This document shows, one piece after another, positions 13,421-26,329 of a stretch of 64,000 bases of DNA (the first letter of the stretch is position 1; each line of letters begins with the position of its first letter). The notes beneath the pieces were generated by a model. That model searched no databases, had not been told where the DNA came from, and worked only from the letters and a program-made list of their open reading frames with translations. The position numbers and the translations under genes are program-made. The stretch is from Octopus sinensis (lineage: Eukaryota): NCBI RefSeq assembly GCF_006345805.1, contig NC_043008.1, forward strand, positions 27,652,001 through 27,716,000, in the 5' to 3' direction.

Positions 13421-13904
13421 GTATCTATGAGTGTGTTTTTGTGTCTGTGTTCGTCTGCTTGTTTGTGTGTGCGTGTATGTGTGCATGCATGTGTGTTTGT
13501 GTATAAAGATATGCGTAGTGTGTCCGAAAAATGTATACACACTTAGAACAGTTTTAAAATATATTTCCTTTTCAAAATTTTTGGGATGCTATAGACAGAT
13601 TTTATGTAGTTTATGAGCGCCTGTTTTCGAAGTGGTTATCGGTGAAGTCAGGGTACTGTTTATGTCACGAACTAGTTGTACTACAGACACCAACAAACAT
13701 TTAAATTAGTATTTGCGTGGCAGTTCAATATCTGTCCGAATTACTATATAAAAAGATAGGTAGATAGATAGATAGATAGATGAACAGAGAGAAATATATA
13801 TGTATATACATACACAAATACACGCCCCCTACATAAGCATATATATTTTAAGCCTGTGATAAAGAAATAGTATTAACGTCGAGTTGTACACAACAGCCAT
13901 CTTT

Positions 13905-14150
13905 AATGGCGATAAGAATATATTGGCTGGATTCACCTGTTTGTGCGGCATGGTGCACAGGGTCTTCCAGCAACCACCCTCTTAATCCAGGGCAGTACCA
14001 CCTCTTCCAGACACCTGATGCAGAACTCCGTGTTGGGTCTGAGGTCGTTTGGAAAGATAAGTGGAGTCATAACGCCGCCATCAATAGCGATACCTCCAAA
14101 CACCATGATGTTGACTGGTTGTTTGGGTTTTATCACTTTCGGTATATGTC
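13905..14150 (-). mobile_element. Tc1/mariner-superfamily transposase fragment
   Basis: PVNIMVFGGI..DG.VM.P.IFP..LR.NTE..I.CLEEVVLPWIKRVVAGRP..APC resembles the region around the second catalytic Asp. Confidence 0.7.
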
Positions 14151-14699
14151 CTTAGATTGTATGCATGTGAGTTTGTTGTGTGTTTGTGTATGTGAATGTA
14201 TGTGCATGAATAATTTGTGTCTATATTTCATTAGGCTGATTTTTGCTACAAGAGGGTCATGCATCTACATGCATCCAATATGGAAACACAATATGGGACT
14301 ATCGAATGTTCTGTGAATACAACTCATGATCAAAGTACAGTGAAGAAGAACGGTCGTCACTGATAATTTCGTTGGATATCTAGTCTTCGAAAAATTGTTT
14401 GGGATAATTTTTAAGATCATACAACAATAGGCAAAAATATAAATGTGTTTGGAAATCGATAAACAGACAATAGGGCAGATAAATCCTATAATTGTGATCT
14501 CGGTTTGGCTGTAAGAATTATGCATAAATTAGTTTAATATTATTAGTATGAAAGTATTGTTAAAATCTTTTTTTATTAAAGAAGTTGAAATAAACAGGAT
14601 GAATATACACAGAGAGATGAACAAAATGACACTTTCCAGCGTGCTAAAGATCATGCCAACTCAGTGCTTCACGGAAATAGGGATTTCAACTTTTGGCAC

Positions 14700-14890
14700 A
14701 AGGCCTGGAATTCCACGTATGTGTATAAGCCTATTCCATTAGTACCAGTATGCAACAGGTACTTATGTTATCAACTCTGAAAGGATGAAAGGCAATATTG
14801 ACCCCGGTAGTATTCCAACTCAAAACGTAAAGTCGGGAGAAATGAGGCCAAGCATTGTTTCCGGTGCGGTAATAATTATGCCAGCTTACC
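14700..14890 (-). mobile_element. tRNA-derived SINE, family 2 (body consensus by eye CCTTTCATCCTTTCGGGGTCGATAAA)
   Basis: Shares GGATGAAAGGCAA-GTCGACC-GAACTCAGAACGTA-GCTAAGCATT with copies at ~21890-22140, 29290-29430, 30080-30200, 30270-30430 and (plus strand) 40590-40745. Confidence 0.6.
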
Positions 14891-14927
14891 GTCATTGATG
14901 TATACAAAAATAATGGCGAGTGGCTAA

Positions 14928-14987
<60 letters not shown>

Positions 14988-14989
14988 AT

Positions 14990-15260
14990 CCTGATTCGTC
15001 AAAATACTGATGACGTATTACCTCAGTGGTCAAGCTATTGTCACCCTGCTTGGTCGGTTTCCCCGCACGATACAGCTATGGGTCAGACCCGATTCTGATT
15101 GGTCAAAATATTGATGACGTCTCGTTCTGCTGGACTAGCCACCTAACAGGATACAGTCATGGGTCAGATCTACTTCGTCAAAAAAATGATGACGTATTTC
15201 TTCCGTGGCCAAACTGTCGTTCCGCTTGGTTGATTTCCTAACAGAATACAGTTAGGAGTC
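14990..15260. repeat. Degenerate ~80-110 bp tandem repeat, three units
   Basis: GTCAAAA(T)A(C/T)TGATGACGT recurs at ~14997, ~15102 and ~15177, with shared ATACAG and ATGGGTCAGA motifs. Confidence 0.7.
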
Positions 15261-15454
15261 TTTTCACTATATTCGTTGAGACTGGGTTTTGATTGGTTTG
15301 GAACTATATGACTTCAGGGAAAAGTGCAAGTGACCACAGCTTAGCTGAGCTGATATAAATCCGCGAGCAGACACCGACCAAAAATCATTACTGTTGCTCC
15401 CATTGGAACACAAGGTAAAATCTAAAATGAACTCCTCGCCTTTTCAAGAACATG

Positions 15455-15690
15455 AATTTTTTATATTTGACTCTATTGAATGTATGTCGCAATTATGAAC
15501 TACTACATCATACTCTTTAAACATATAGCATGGACTCGCTTTATTATATATGATTTTTTTATATTTGACTCTATTGAATATTATATATGAATTATTTATA
15601 TTTGACTCTATTGAATATATGTCACAATTATGAACTATTACATCATACTCTTTAAACATATAGCATGGACTCTCTTTATTATATATAATA
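15455..15690. repeat. Local tandem duplication with TATTTGACTCTATTGAAT subrepeats
   Basis: Two near-identical blocks ending TACATCATACTCTTTAAACATATAGCATGGACTC. Confidence 0.8.
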
Positions 15691-15813
15691 TTTTTTGATA
15701 AGGTTCGTCATTTCAAGAACCGAAACATGTTAAAATTAAAATTTATCTAATATAGCAGCATTTTCAAACTTCATTTTTTACAAATATATACCACTCGTAT
15801 ACGAGCTAATCTT

Positions 15814-15880
<67 letters not shown>

Positions 15881-15884
<4 letters not shown>

Positions 15885-17552
15885 AAGAAGGGTAGTAATA
15901 TTATTTACTACCAGGTGCCCAGCACAAAAGACGAATTAGTCATAAGACAAAAATATTATTCATATAGAAAAATATTATTCATGTAGTTATACAATTAAGG
16001 GCTCCTAAATAAAGATGCCGAGTGCTGGGAACACAAAAAGGGGATGAATTTATCGAGAGTGAAAATCAAAAACGTTTACCGATAACTTTAACAACTCGTA
16101 CCGCGGTTTCTGTTTCTTTCTAGCAAAACACAGAATATGTTTGCTAAGGCCAGCTTCATCAGCGAGTCGCCTGAATTTAATCGAGGTCTGCAGCGATGTG
16201 GGGCTATGTGTTAAACCCGACTACTAGCATATCTTAACTTTTCAAATCTCTGCGCAGACGCAAAATTTACACTGGCATGCCGGGAAGAAATTTACGAATA
16301 AATTCATCATGTAGTATGCGAATATAAACAAGAAGGGTAGTAATATTATTTACTACCAGGTGCCCAGCACAAAAGACGAATTAGTCATAAGACAAAATTA
16401 TTATTCATATAGAAAAATATTATTCATGTAGTTATACAATTAAGGGCTCCTAAATAAAGATGCCGAGTGCTGGGAACACAAAAAGGGGATGAATTTATCG
16501 AGAGTGAAAATTAAAAACGATTACCGATAACTTTAACAACTCGTACCGCGGTTTCTGCTTCTTTCTAGCAAAACACAGAATATGTTTGCTAAGGCCAGCT
16601 TCATCAGCGAGTCGCTTAATTTAATCGAGGTCTGCAGCGATGTGGGGCTATGTGTTAAACCCGACTACTAGCAGATCTTAACTTTTCAAATCTCTGCGCA
16701 GACGCAAAATTTACACGGGCATGCCGGAAGAATTTTTACGAATAAATTCATCATGTAGTATGCGATATAAACAAGAAGGGTAGTAATATTATTTACTACC
16801 AGGTGCCCAGCACAAAAGACGAATTAGTCATAAGACAAAAATATTATTCATATAGAAAAATATTATTCATGTAGTTATACAATTAAGGGCTCCTAAATAA
16901 AGATGCCGAGTGCTGGGAACACAAAAAGGGGATGAATTTATCGAGAGTGAAAATCAAAAACGTTTACCGATGACTTTAACAACTCGTACCGCCGTTTCTG
17001 CTTCTTTCTAGCAAAACACAGAATATGTTTGCTAAGGCCAGCTTCATCAGCGAGTCGCCTGAATTTAATCGATAAATTCATCCCCTTTTTGTGTTCCCAG
17101 TACTCGGCATCTTTATTTAGGAGCCCTTAATTGTATAACTACATGAATAATATTTTTCTATATGAATAATATTTTTGTCTTATGACTAATTCGTCTCTTG
17201 TGCTGGGCACCTGGTAGTAAATAATATTACTACCCTTCTTGTTTATATTCGCATACTACATGATGAATTTATTCGTAAAATTCTTCCCGGCATGCCCGTG
17301 TAAATTTTGCGTCTGCGCAGAGATTTGAAAAGTTAAGATATGCTAGTAGTAGGGTTTAACACATAGCCCCACATCGCTGCAGACCTCGATTAAATTCAGG
17401 CGACTCGCTGATGAAGCTGGCCTTAGCAAACATATTCTGTGTTTTGCTAGAAAGAAGCAGAAACCGCGGTACGAGTTGTTAAAGTTATCGGTAAACTTTT
17501 TTGTGTTCCCAGCACTCGGCATCTTTATTTAGGAGCCCTTAATTGTATAACT
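15881..17552. repeat. ~444 bp tandem repeat (2.7 direct units) followed by an inverted unit
   Basis: AAACAAGAAGGGTAGTAATATTATTTACTACC starts at 15881, 16326 and 16769; orientation switches at ~17071. Flanked by (TA)n on both sides. Confidence 0.92.
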
Positions 17553-17624
17553 ATATATCTATATATATATAATATATATATATATATTATATATATATAC
17601 ATATATATATACTACATGCAAGGA

Positions 17625-17649
<25 letters not shown>

Positions 17650-17657
<8 letters not shown>

Positions 17658-19734
17658 ATAATAAATATTAGGGAATATATCCAAATTTACAGGAAAAAAA
17701 AAATCAGATTTAGGATTAAATCCAATTTTATAGTAAAATATTATAAAATATTATTTGAGACAAAACCACTATTTTGCAAAACAAACAAGGAAAGACTTAA
17801 TCAAACATAAAATTTAATAAATAGTCTCAAAAAAAACCGCCACTACAATCGTGTTCTTGTCTTGATCGACAATCTTCAGGTGGACTTCCAATCTAAAAAA
17901 TCAAAATTTTAAAATATAAAAATAATACTTTTAAATAATTAAAGTATAAATGAAAAAAATAAGTAATATAATCCATATATAACCTATATATAATCCATAT
18001 CGAAAATATAGACTAATTACCACGAATTCCCTAAAAAAACCATGATAAAACAAAACTCTTAAAAACATATAACGATAAAATCTCCCTTTGCTAAACTCTA
18101 TAACAAACCTATAAAGTAAACCCCCTAACCTAAACATTCACACACAAATACACACACGTAACCACAGACTCACGACTTATACACATACCTATACTAACTT
18201 ATAAACCTCAATATACACAAAACCCACTCCCTCCCCACACAGACAAATTAACACATACATCCCAAAACCTAAATAACAAACCCATATACACATTCACACA
18301 CAAAACACACACTCACACGCAAAACACTCACACACAAAAGATACATATACTCCCTCACATATACGCCTATACATACTCACTAAACTCGACTATACAACAA
18401 TACTTACACACCCACAAAAAACATTATATACATTTATGAGCTTTAACTCACCTTAGCATCTCTAACAAACAACTTGCAGTAACCCAATCCATTCTCTATG
18501 CCTACCTCACTACTACACTATTCCATTCACATTCCAAGCAACGCTAGTCCACCACCCGGTTATTCACGTGGCAAAACGAACACCACTCAAAAATTATGAA
18601 TGAAACAATGTAAAAAAAATAACCAACACCTAAAATAGACAAAATACCACAAATTACCTAAAAAACCATGATAAACCAAAACTCAAAAGCATATAACGAT
18701 AAATCCCCTTTGCTAAACCCTATAACAAACTTATATAGCAATCCCCCTAACCTAAACATTCACACACAAAACCCACACGTAAACCACAGACCCAAGACTT
18801 AACACAAACCTATACTAACTTATAAACCTCAATATACACCAAAAACCACTCCCTCCCCACACAGACAAATTAACACATACATCCCAAATCCTAAATAACA
18901 AACCCAAATACACATTCACACACAACACCACACACACACAAAACACATACACAACAGATACATATGCTCCCTCACATATACGCATATACATACTCACTAA
19001 AACTCGATAATACAACAATATTTACACCCACACTCATACAGATAAATAAATTAATTATACAATGAAAAAACTCACAACAATCTCATATACATAAACACTC
19101 TTATGAAAACAACAATAAATACATCATAATTAACCAGAATATCAAAAATAACATTATGACATAAGGATAAATCAAATACATACTTACAATTCAGTTACAA
19201 ATTATGAAGTGAAATTAGATTTTTAGCCATTAAAAAACAAACAAAATTACGTTACCATGGAAATAACTAATGTAAAAAAAGAATACGCGCCATAGAAAGT
19301 AAACGTCATTCATAGTATGAATGGAGAAATATAATAAATGGAACTAAAAACTATTTCCACGTAGCAAACCAACGCTACTTAAAAAAATTTATTATGAATG
19401 GATTCTTTAAAACTATCATGAAAAATCAATTATATACATTATGAGCTTTAGCTCACCCTAGCAACTCTAACAAACAACTTACAGTAACCCATACTCAATA
19501 CCTACCTCATTACCACCCTAATCCATTCACAATTCCAAACAACACTAGTCCACCACAGGTTACAATTCCCATCTCTACCCATTCATTCATAATTTCAACG
19601 ACGTTCCCTTCAACAACTCTACATATAAGCCTCAACATATACACCGGAGATACACTTACACATCCGTGCGGATGGGTGAGAGTATTTAAGTCTTTCCTTG
19701 TTTGTTTTGCAAAATAGTGGTTTTGTCTCAAATA

Positions 19735-19740
<6 letters not shown>
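17650..19740. mobile_element. PLE-related element with inverted ends and A/C-skewed, internally duplicated interior
   Basis: 17750-17808 is the reverse complement of 19685-19740. A hammerhead motif lies at 17840-17883; 18010-18410 is duplicated at 18640-19030. Bounded by (TA)n. Confidence 0.6.
17840..17883 (-). ncRNA. Type I minimal hammerhead ribozyme motif (C3-G8 core), one-base insertion in GAAA
   Basis: Minus strand CCAC-CTGAAGA-TTGTC(GATCAA)GACAA-GAACAC-GATT-GTA-GTGG: stem I 4 bp, stem II 5 bp. Confidence 0.65.
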
Positions 19741-19790
<50 letters not shown>

Positions 19791-19843
19791 ATAAAACTTA
19801 CTTGGAAAGTTTACATGCGTTCTATCATATAACAATATAAATA

Positions 19844-20227
19844 GTGGGGGCGCAATGGCCCAGTGGTTAGGGCAGCGGACTCGCGGTCGTAGGATCGCAG
19901 TTTCGATTCCCAGACCGGTCGTTGTGAGTGTTTATTGAGCGAAAACTTCTAAAGCTCCACGAGGCTCCGGCAGGGATGGTGGTGATCCCTGCTGTACTCT
20001 TTAACCACAACTTTCTCTCACTCTTACTTCCTGTTTCTGTTGTACCTGTATTTCAAAGGGCCGGCTTTGTCAAACTCTGTGTCACGCTGAATATCCCCGA
20101 GAACTACGTTAAGGGTACACGTGTCTGTGGAGTGCTCAGCCACTTACACGTTAATTTCACGAGCAGGCTGTTCCGTTGATCGGATCAACCGGAACCCTCA
20201 TCGTCGTAACCGACGGAGTGCTTCCAC
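19844..20227 (+). mobile_element. tRNA-derived SINE, family 1, full length with 12 bp target site duplication
   Basis: A-box TGGCCCAGTGG, B-box GTTTCGATTCC. ACAATATAAATA at 19832-19843 and 20228-20239. Second copy at 32056. Confidence 0.9.
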
Positions 20228-20299
20228 ACAATATAAATAATATATAAATATATTCATATATGCATACATATATGTACATACCTACATACATATGTATAT

Positions 20300-20560
20300 A
20301 TACATGCATATATGGGTACATGATATAAAGAAAACGAAAACAAAACGAGAAACCAGAATATAAAAAACAAAAACATTGAAAACGAACTGTTTTTGAAGAA
20401 ACGCGGCGTAGATAAAACAGAAGACAACTGATGAAGGGAATATTTTTATGTTGCCTGTATCGTTTCTCTGTCTGTTTCTTTCATTCGTTGTTCGAAAAAA
20501 TGTTCAATTTCTACGTTTTTATTTTTTATACTTTTGGTTCTCATTTTGTCTATATAATAT
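20300..20560. repeat. Small imperfect fold-back repeat between (TA)n runs
   Basis: GAGAAACCAGAA..TAAAAAACAAAAAC is mirrored by TTTTTATTTTTTATACTTTTGGTTCTC. The internal ACAACTGATGAAGGG motif is shared with ~45215. Confidence 0.5.
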
Positions 20561-22439
20561 AATGTAGTATACAATTATATATATATATATAAGCGTACTA
20601 TAAATGGTTCTGCAATTAAATAATTGTTCAAATTAGATACATTGAGACACACAGACACACGCATACACGCAGAAAAATCTGTACACGCGTACATTTATAA
20701 ATGTATACAAACGTGTTATGTGGAGATATCCGAGTGCGCATGTGCTCATACGTAAATGCGAGTACGGAGTTGTACCGGTGTTGTTGCACGCGTGTATATA
20801 TTCTCCCTACAAACTGTACAGTGTATATAGTATGCTACGTTTATACGATACTTAAGTATTGTGAGTTCCATTCATAATATTGGTTTGATTTGATTCTACA
20901 TTCTTTAGTATATGTTTTGATGGTTTTAATTTTTGTCACACTGGCTTCTTTCTATTAGTCAGAAGAAATAAACTTCCGAACATGTTCCCTCAAGAGAAGA
21001 AATAATGTCTGTTAGTCTTATGTAATATTAAAAACAAAAATAAATTCAGTTTCAAAATATGATCCAAGTACCGAAATAAGTAGACATTCTGTTTTAGCTG
21101 TATAGATTCACCAATACAGTTATCAATGGAACAGCAAACATGCGCTTGTGACATAAAAAATCAAATACCTTACAGCATATAACAGCGCTTTAGTTATAAC
21201 CATAATATATTCTTACACCGAGACGTTAGAAAAGAAATTGTTCACATATATACAACAATCACACATGTATTTATATGTACGCACATACATATTTATACAT
21301 GCATGTATGTATGCATTATATATGTATATATGTATTGGTATTCTGTATTCTGATAGAATCATCAAAGTAGCACTCGATTCCGTAAGTGTGGAATCTCATT
21401 AAATGACTACAGGAGTTACACATAAGCTACTTTAAGATTTATAATCGCAAACTGCTATATACACATACAGTTGTTGTTCACCACAAGTCAATCGACCTCG
21501 ATCTTAGCACGGTTTCTCCGCGGAAAATTTAGAATACGATCCAAATAGTTAACTAACATCCTAAAGGAAAGAAAGTTCATTCCGTCCTAGTAATTATCCA
21601 GCTTTAAGTTTGAGAGTTGAGCCTGCTGGAAAATGCCTTGCATTTCGTGTTTTATTTTGAAAATAAATGCCTTTTAGAATATACGGAAAACTATCTTGGC
21701 AGGAGTAGCTGAATTATGAAAACATTAATGCGTGTTAAACCGAGCGCATATTTCAGTTTGACCAGAGATAGTTGTCGAGACGCATCTCGTAAAAATTTCT
21801 GAGATCGAGTTTAGCAATGCAGCATTGGAGACATTCAATCTGCCACTCTCCTAATAGCGCCTTCTGCTGTAGTAGTAAGGTCTGAAATATCGGAGGAGGG
21901 ATTATGTCAATTACATCAACTTCTGTACTCAACTGGAACCTAATTTATCGACTCGAAAATTTTGTGTTGCCTGAAATTTGTGTTGCGATAGGGGTGTTTT
22001 ACCTACCCTAGTATTCAACTGTACGTATTTCATTCACAACTAAAGGATAAAAAGCAAACTCAGAACATAGAAAGACAGAAGGAAATGCCACTAAGCCTTT
22101 TTTGTCCAACGTACTAACGATTCTGCCAACCAACAGCACCAGTATTACTAACATTACTACCACTACCATTACAACTATTACTACTAATTTCGCTTATTGG
22201 TCACAATGAGCAAAGACTCAATAATAATGATTGCTCCTAATTTAGGACTCATGGCCGGCAACTTTGAGTGGGAGGAGTTAGTTGTCTCCATAAGAAAAAA
22301 AATAAAACTACGTTAGTACTTGTATTTAATCTAGTCACAGATTACATGCTACGTTCATCTTGGCAGGATTGTAAAACCCAAATATGAAGGGCCTGATTTT
22401 GTAACAACTAATATTATCATTATCTCTTTATCGCAGATT

Positions 22440-22721
22440 TTATTGAAGCTCCTAGAGTCTTGCAAGCGTAGCAGGCTTACTACCTGCATCCTGCAGTACC
22501 ATGGTATTCGTTCTTTTCAGGTATCTAATGTTTTCCTAATCATTCTGACCGTGCCTAGGAGACCAATCGTTTGTAACAGTTCTACTGGGCACTCTATTCC
22601 AATTTCCTTTACATTTCTCTTGATGTCTTCTGATACTGTTTCCAAGAACACAACAATAATTGGCACTATCTTCACCTTTTTCATTTTCCATAGCCGGGAT
22701 ATTTCGTACTTAAGAGTGTTG

Positions 22722-22770
<49 letters not shown>

Positions 22771-22910
22771 CAATCTATCTTTTCGCCTTCCTTCTTGATT
22801 ATACGTGGGTCAAAGAAGTATGTAACGTCAACTGTATAGCATATGTGGCTCACTTTGTCGACCACCACTATGTTCAGTCTATCACGCTCTAGTACATTAT
22901 ACAACCGGGC
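22440..22910 (-). mobile_element. R4/Dong-type endonuclease 3' fragment
   Basis: The antisense of ORF 22443-22892 reads EISRLWKMKKVKIVPIIVV...VELLQTIGLLGTVRMIRKTLDT*. Confidence 0.75.
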
Positions 22911-23149
22911 ATGCGCTGCTCCACAACAGGGCACATGCTGAGCGAAAGGCCTTCACCAATCTTTCCACCCTCATTAACACCATTATGTGATAAATTTGTA
23001 ATGGACATCTTCACTCACCGTGGAGGTAGTCACCAACCGAGACTTCATTATAATATTAATATCACTAATAATAATAAATAATAATAATAATGATGATGAT
23101 GATGATGATGATGATGATAATAATAATAATAATAAATATTATTATTATT

Positions 23150-23520
23150 ATTGAGGAAGTGAGCAGCCTATGCCATCAAAGTGATACTGGGGTACAAATA
23201 TACGAACCCTAATATAAACATCATGACTACATGTCTGATAAGAGTACACCGGACACATGTATCACAACCATATGTTATCGACATGGTGATCTCATATCAA
23301 TATAAACAACGCATGATCTTGCAAGTGGGGCCCAGTTAGAATTTTCTTCACGTCAAGTAGCTCATCGCACTCAATAGGTCCCCGAAGTAAGGATTGTTTT
23401 GAGGATGATGAAAAAAAGCACCCATGTTTCCAGAGGTGAATTATTCAAACCCCTCTGAACACATGGCTATGATGCTGCCCACTACTTCTGCAAGCGATCA
23501 GAGATGCACATATCATCAAA
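23150..23520 (-). repeat. Dispersed repeat with (AAT)n end
   Basis: Similar to 39250-39560 and 39870-40190 (GATAAGAGTACA, TGGGCCCAGTTA, CCCATGTTTCCAGAGGTG, ACACATGGCTATGA). Confidence 0.7.
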
Positions 23521-24211
23521 CCTTCTTATTTTCCCTTTTCATCAATGTTCTCAGAACACCTCAGTGCACCAAAGATTAAATAAAGAGGCAAATTTCAATA
23601 AACACAACCGAAAATATTTAACACACACATACAAACACAACACAAATTCCATCAACCACAACCTCTCATGAACACACAACTAAGTAGAGGACACTTCTAA
23701 CTTCACTAATACCAATAATCTCACTAATCCATTCATATTCTAGTAACCATATCTATCTGAATTGCATCATGTTATGGACTGTTTACCTTCCTTGCATGCA
23801 ATCTTTTCATTGAGGTATTATTAGACACAACATCGTTTGGAAATCGTTCTTGATTCAAAGTCAGTAGTCAGCTCTGACGAAACCAGTATGGCTTTGACTT
23901 TCTATAATGACTCATAATAGTCTTTATATACTTAATTCCACTTTAAATAAATTGTTTCCATGTGTATATCTTTGTTTTTTATACAAAAATGTTATTACTT
24001 TTATACCTGACGTGCATTTTCTTTGTTTCTTTTTACTTTTCCCCAATATACATACACACACACACACACACATATATACATATATGTGTGTATGTATATA
24101 CATATGTATATATATGTGTGTGTATATTGAGGAAAAGTAAAAAGAAACAAAGAAAATGCACGTTAGGTATAAAAGTAATGACTTTTTTGTATAAAATCAA
24201 AGATATACACA
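23520..24211 (+). mobile_element. PLE 3' end with decayed hammerhead and inverted terminal copy
   Basis: 23520-23620 matches the endonuclease C-terminus at 33400-33500. Hammerhead remnant at 23855-23897; inverted arms 23961-24052 and 24122-24211. Confidence 0.7.
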
Positions 24212-25008
24212 TATGTATGTATATATGTAACTTCAATGCGGAGCAAATAATTCAGAAGAAAGCATTTGCGAAGATTTCATTGACTCTGTTATTATCTATT
24301 GTACCAATTAAAAATGATAATAACAGAATCAATAATACAGGCAATTCCAGCCCTAAAAAAGCATTAAACAACTGGAGGGTTTAAAATGAATCATAGGAAA
24401 CACTAAGTATATTTACCTGCTGATGATAAGAGTCAAAACTGAAGATAACTAATCAATCAACCGTTTGCGGGCAGACGGGCAAAAACAGTCTCCTAAAATG
24501 TATTCAAATAGTTAGACTCACGTGAACCGGTTTCTCGGCTGGCATTATAGCCTAACCATCCTCATCACGGGTTAAAATGATGGATTCATACATTTATATA
24601 TATATAATTGTTCGGAATTCCTTTTATCTAGGTATATATGTGTTTGTGTTAGTGCTTGCATACACACACACACACACGCGCACACTCACACACACACATA
24701 TATATATATATATATGAACAAAACAGCAATGTCATAAGAACGTAACAGGTCACAACAAAACGTCCGGACAGTTAGATGATACGAAGAAGGTCAGGAAAAA
24801 ACACCAACGTGCCATTCGGAGCGTTCTATAGTCAGTCGAATTCCAGATCACTCCTGCAGTTTCGGCCAGTTACACTGGAGACTGCTCCATTTTCGCCTGT
24901 TACGTTCTTGTTCCATTTTTTGTTTTGTTTTTATATATACATATAGCGGTCTATGTACACTTTTGGTCTCCTATACACACATATATATATATATATATAT
25001 ACAGAGAA

Positions 25009-25052
<44 letters not shown>

Positions 25053-26329
25053 ATATGCATATGACTATTTATGTAAATATATGCAGGTCTGTGCTGTATT
25101 TTTATGTGTGTGCTAAGTATACATCGACGTAAGGAAATATTTCATCTTGTATAATAGATGACCATAAGATTTCTGCGTTCGAATCCGTATGTTTCTCATG
25201 ATTGAAACGTCATTCATTGCCCCATGTCTTAATAGCTTCATGTATGTGCGGTGTCTTTCCACAGAACATTTGTTGAAGAACGAAAATATTTGAAAGATGT
25301 TTGAAAGTATTTTTGGTATTGCTAGTTGTGGATAAACAATACAACATGTCTGAATATTAATTTTAATTGTAAGCATTTATTTGTGCATCGTTATCTGAAT
25401 CGATTCGCGTTTAATTGCTGTATTTTCTAAATAATCTTGTACATACATAATGATTTTTTATCTCTAAGTTTCCTCTCTTCAAATTCGCCAGAGGACATTG
25501 CGAATTATAATGCATAGCTAAAATTATCTCGTTAGATTTAACTCGCTGCCATTTCATGATAGAAGACGTGTATCACGGAGTATTTTATCTTAGAACCGTT
25601 CACAAGCAAGACATATCTCAAAGTATGCGTACAATACACGTACGGTTACTTGGACAAAACACAAATATTTGCTTTTACGAAGGACACGGTTTTTAAGAAT
25701 GAAATTCATTTAAATATAAATTGCGTTATTCGGTTTTCCTACAATACGTTATATGATAAATGTGTGTTGTAGAAGTTGTTGTAGCAGCAGCAGAAATTGT
25801 AGTTGCTGTTGCCTTTGTTGTTGTCCAGTTTTGGTGCGGAAATTTTCAGGAAAGTACGCGAGTCCATTCGCATTGCTACAAGATTGCGCTTTAACTTAAG
25901 GGCTGGAGGTAATTATGTAGTATTTAGGTAATGCATGTGAAGACAGATGTTTGCGAAAGATCGGAGAGAGTAGAGTTCGTTTACTTTGAATTTGTGTATA
26001 CACAGAATATGAGACAGTGTATTCATAATGCAAAATTGTTAAATAAACTTTCAGTGTGACATTTATTTAGTGGTATTGGAATTCTCTAAAGATGAAGTGA
26101 ATAACACAGATATAAAATCACAACAGCGGGGATCAAGTACTTTGTGTATGCTCCAACTTAGAGACATAACACAGTATGTATAATATTACAAACGGTGTTA
26201 CAGAAATACTAATTTAGTTACGCGCGGATATACAATTACAATTAACATATCCCCATCGTCTTTCGTTGACACGATCCCTGTTCTTCAACGTTAGTTATGC
26301 TTTTTTTTTTCTTGCGTTGAGTAAAATAT

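Noticed and set aside
15881-17070. CRISPR-like array
   Set aside because: Units are ~444 bp and identical throughout, with no unique spacers; eukaryotic context.
25850-25915. Short AG...GT-bounded segment (KVRESIRIATRLRFNLRAG)
   Set aside because: Splice-like signals are common by chance; there is no homology evidence.
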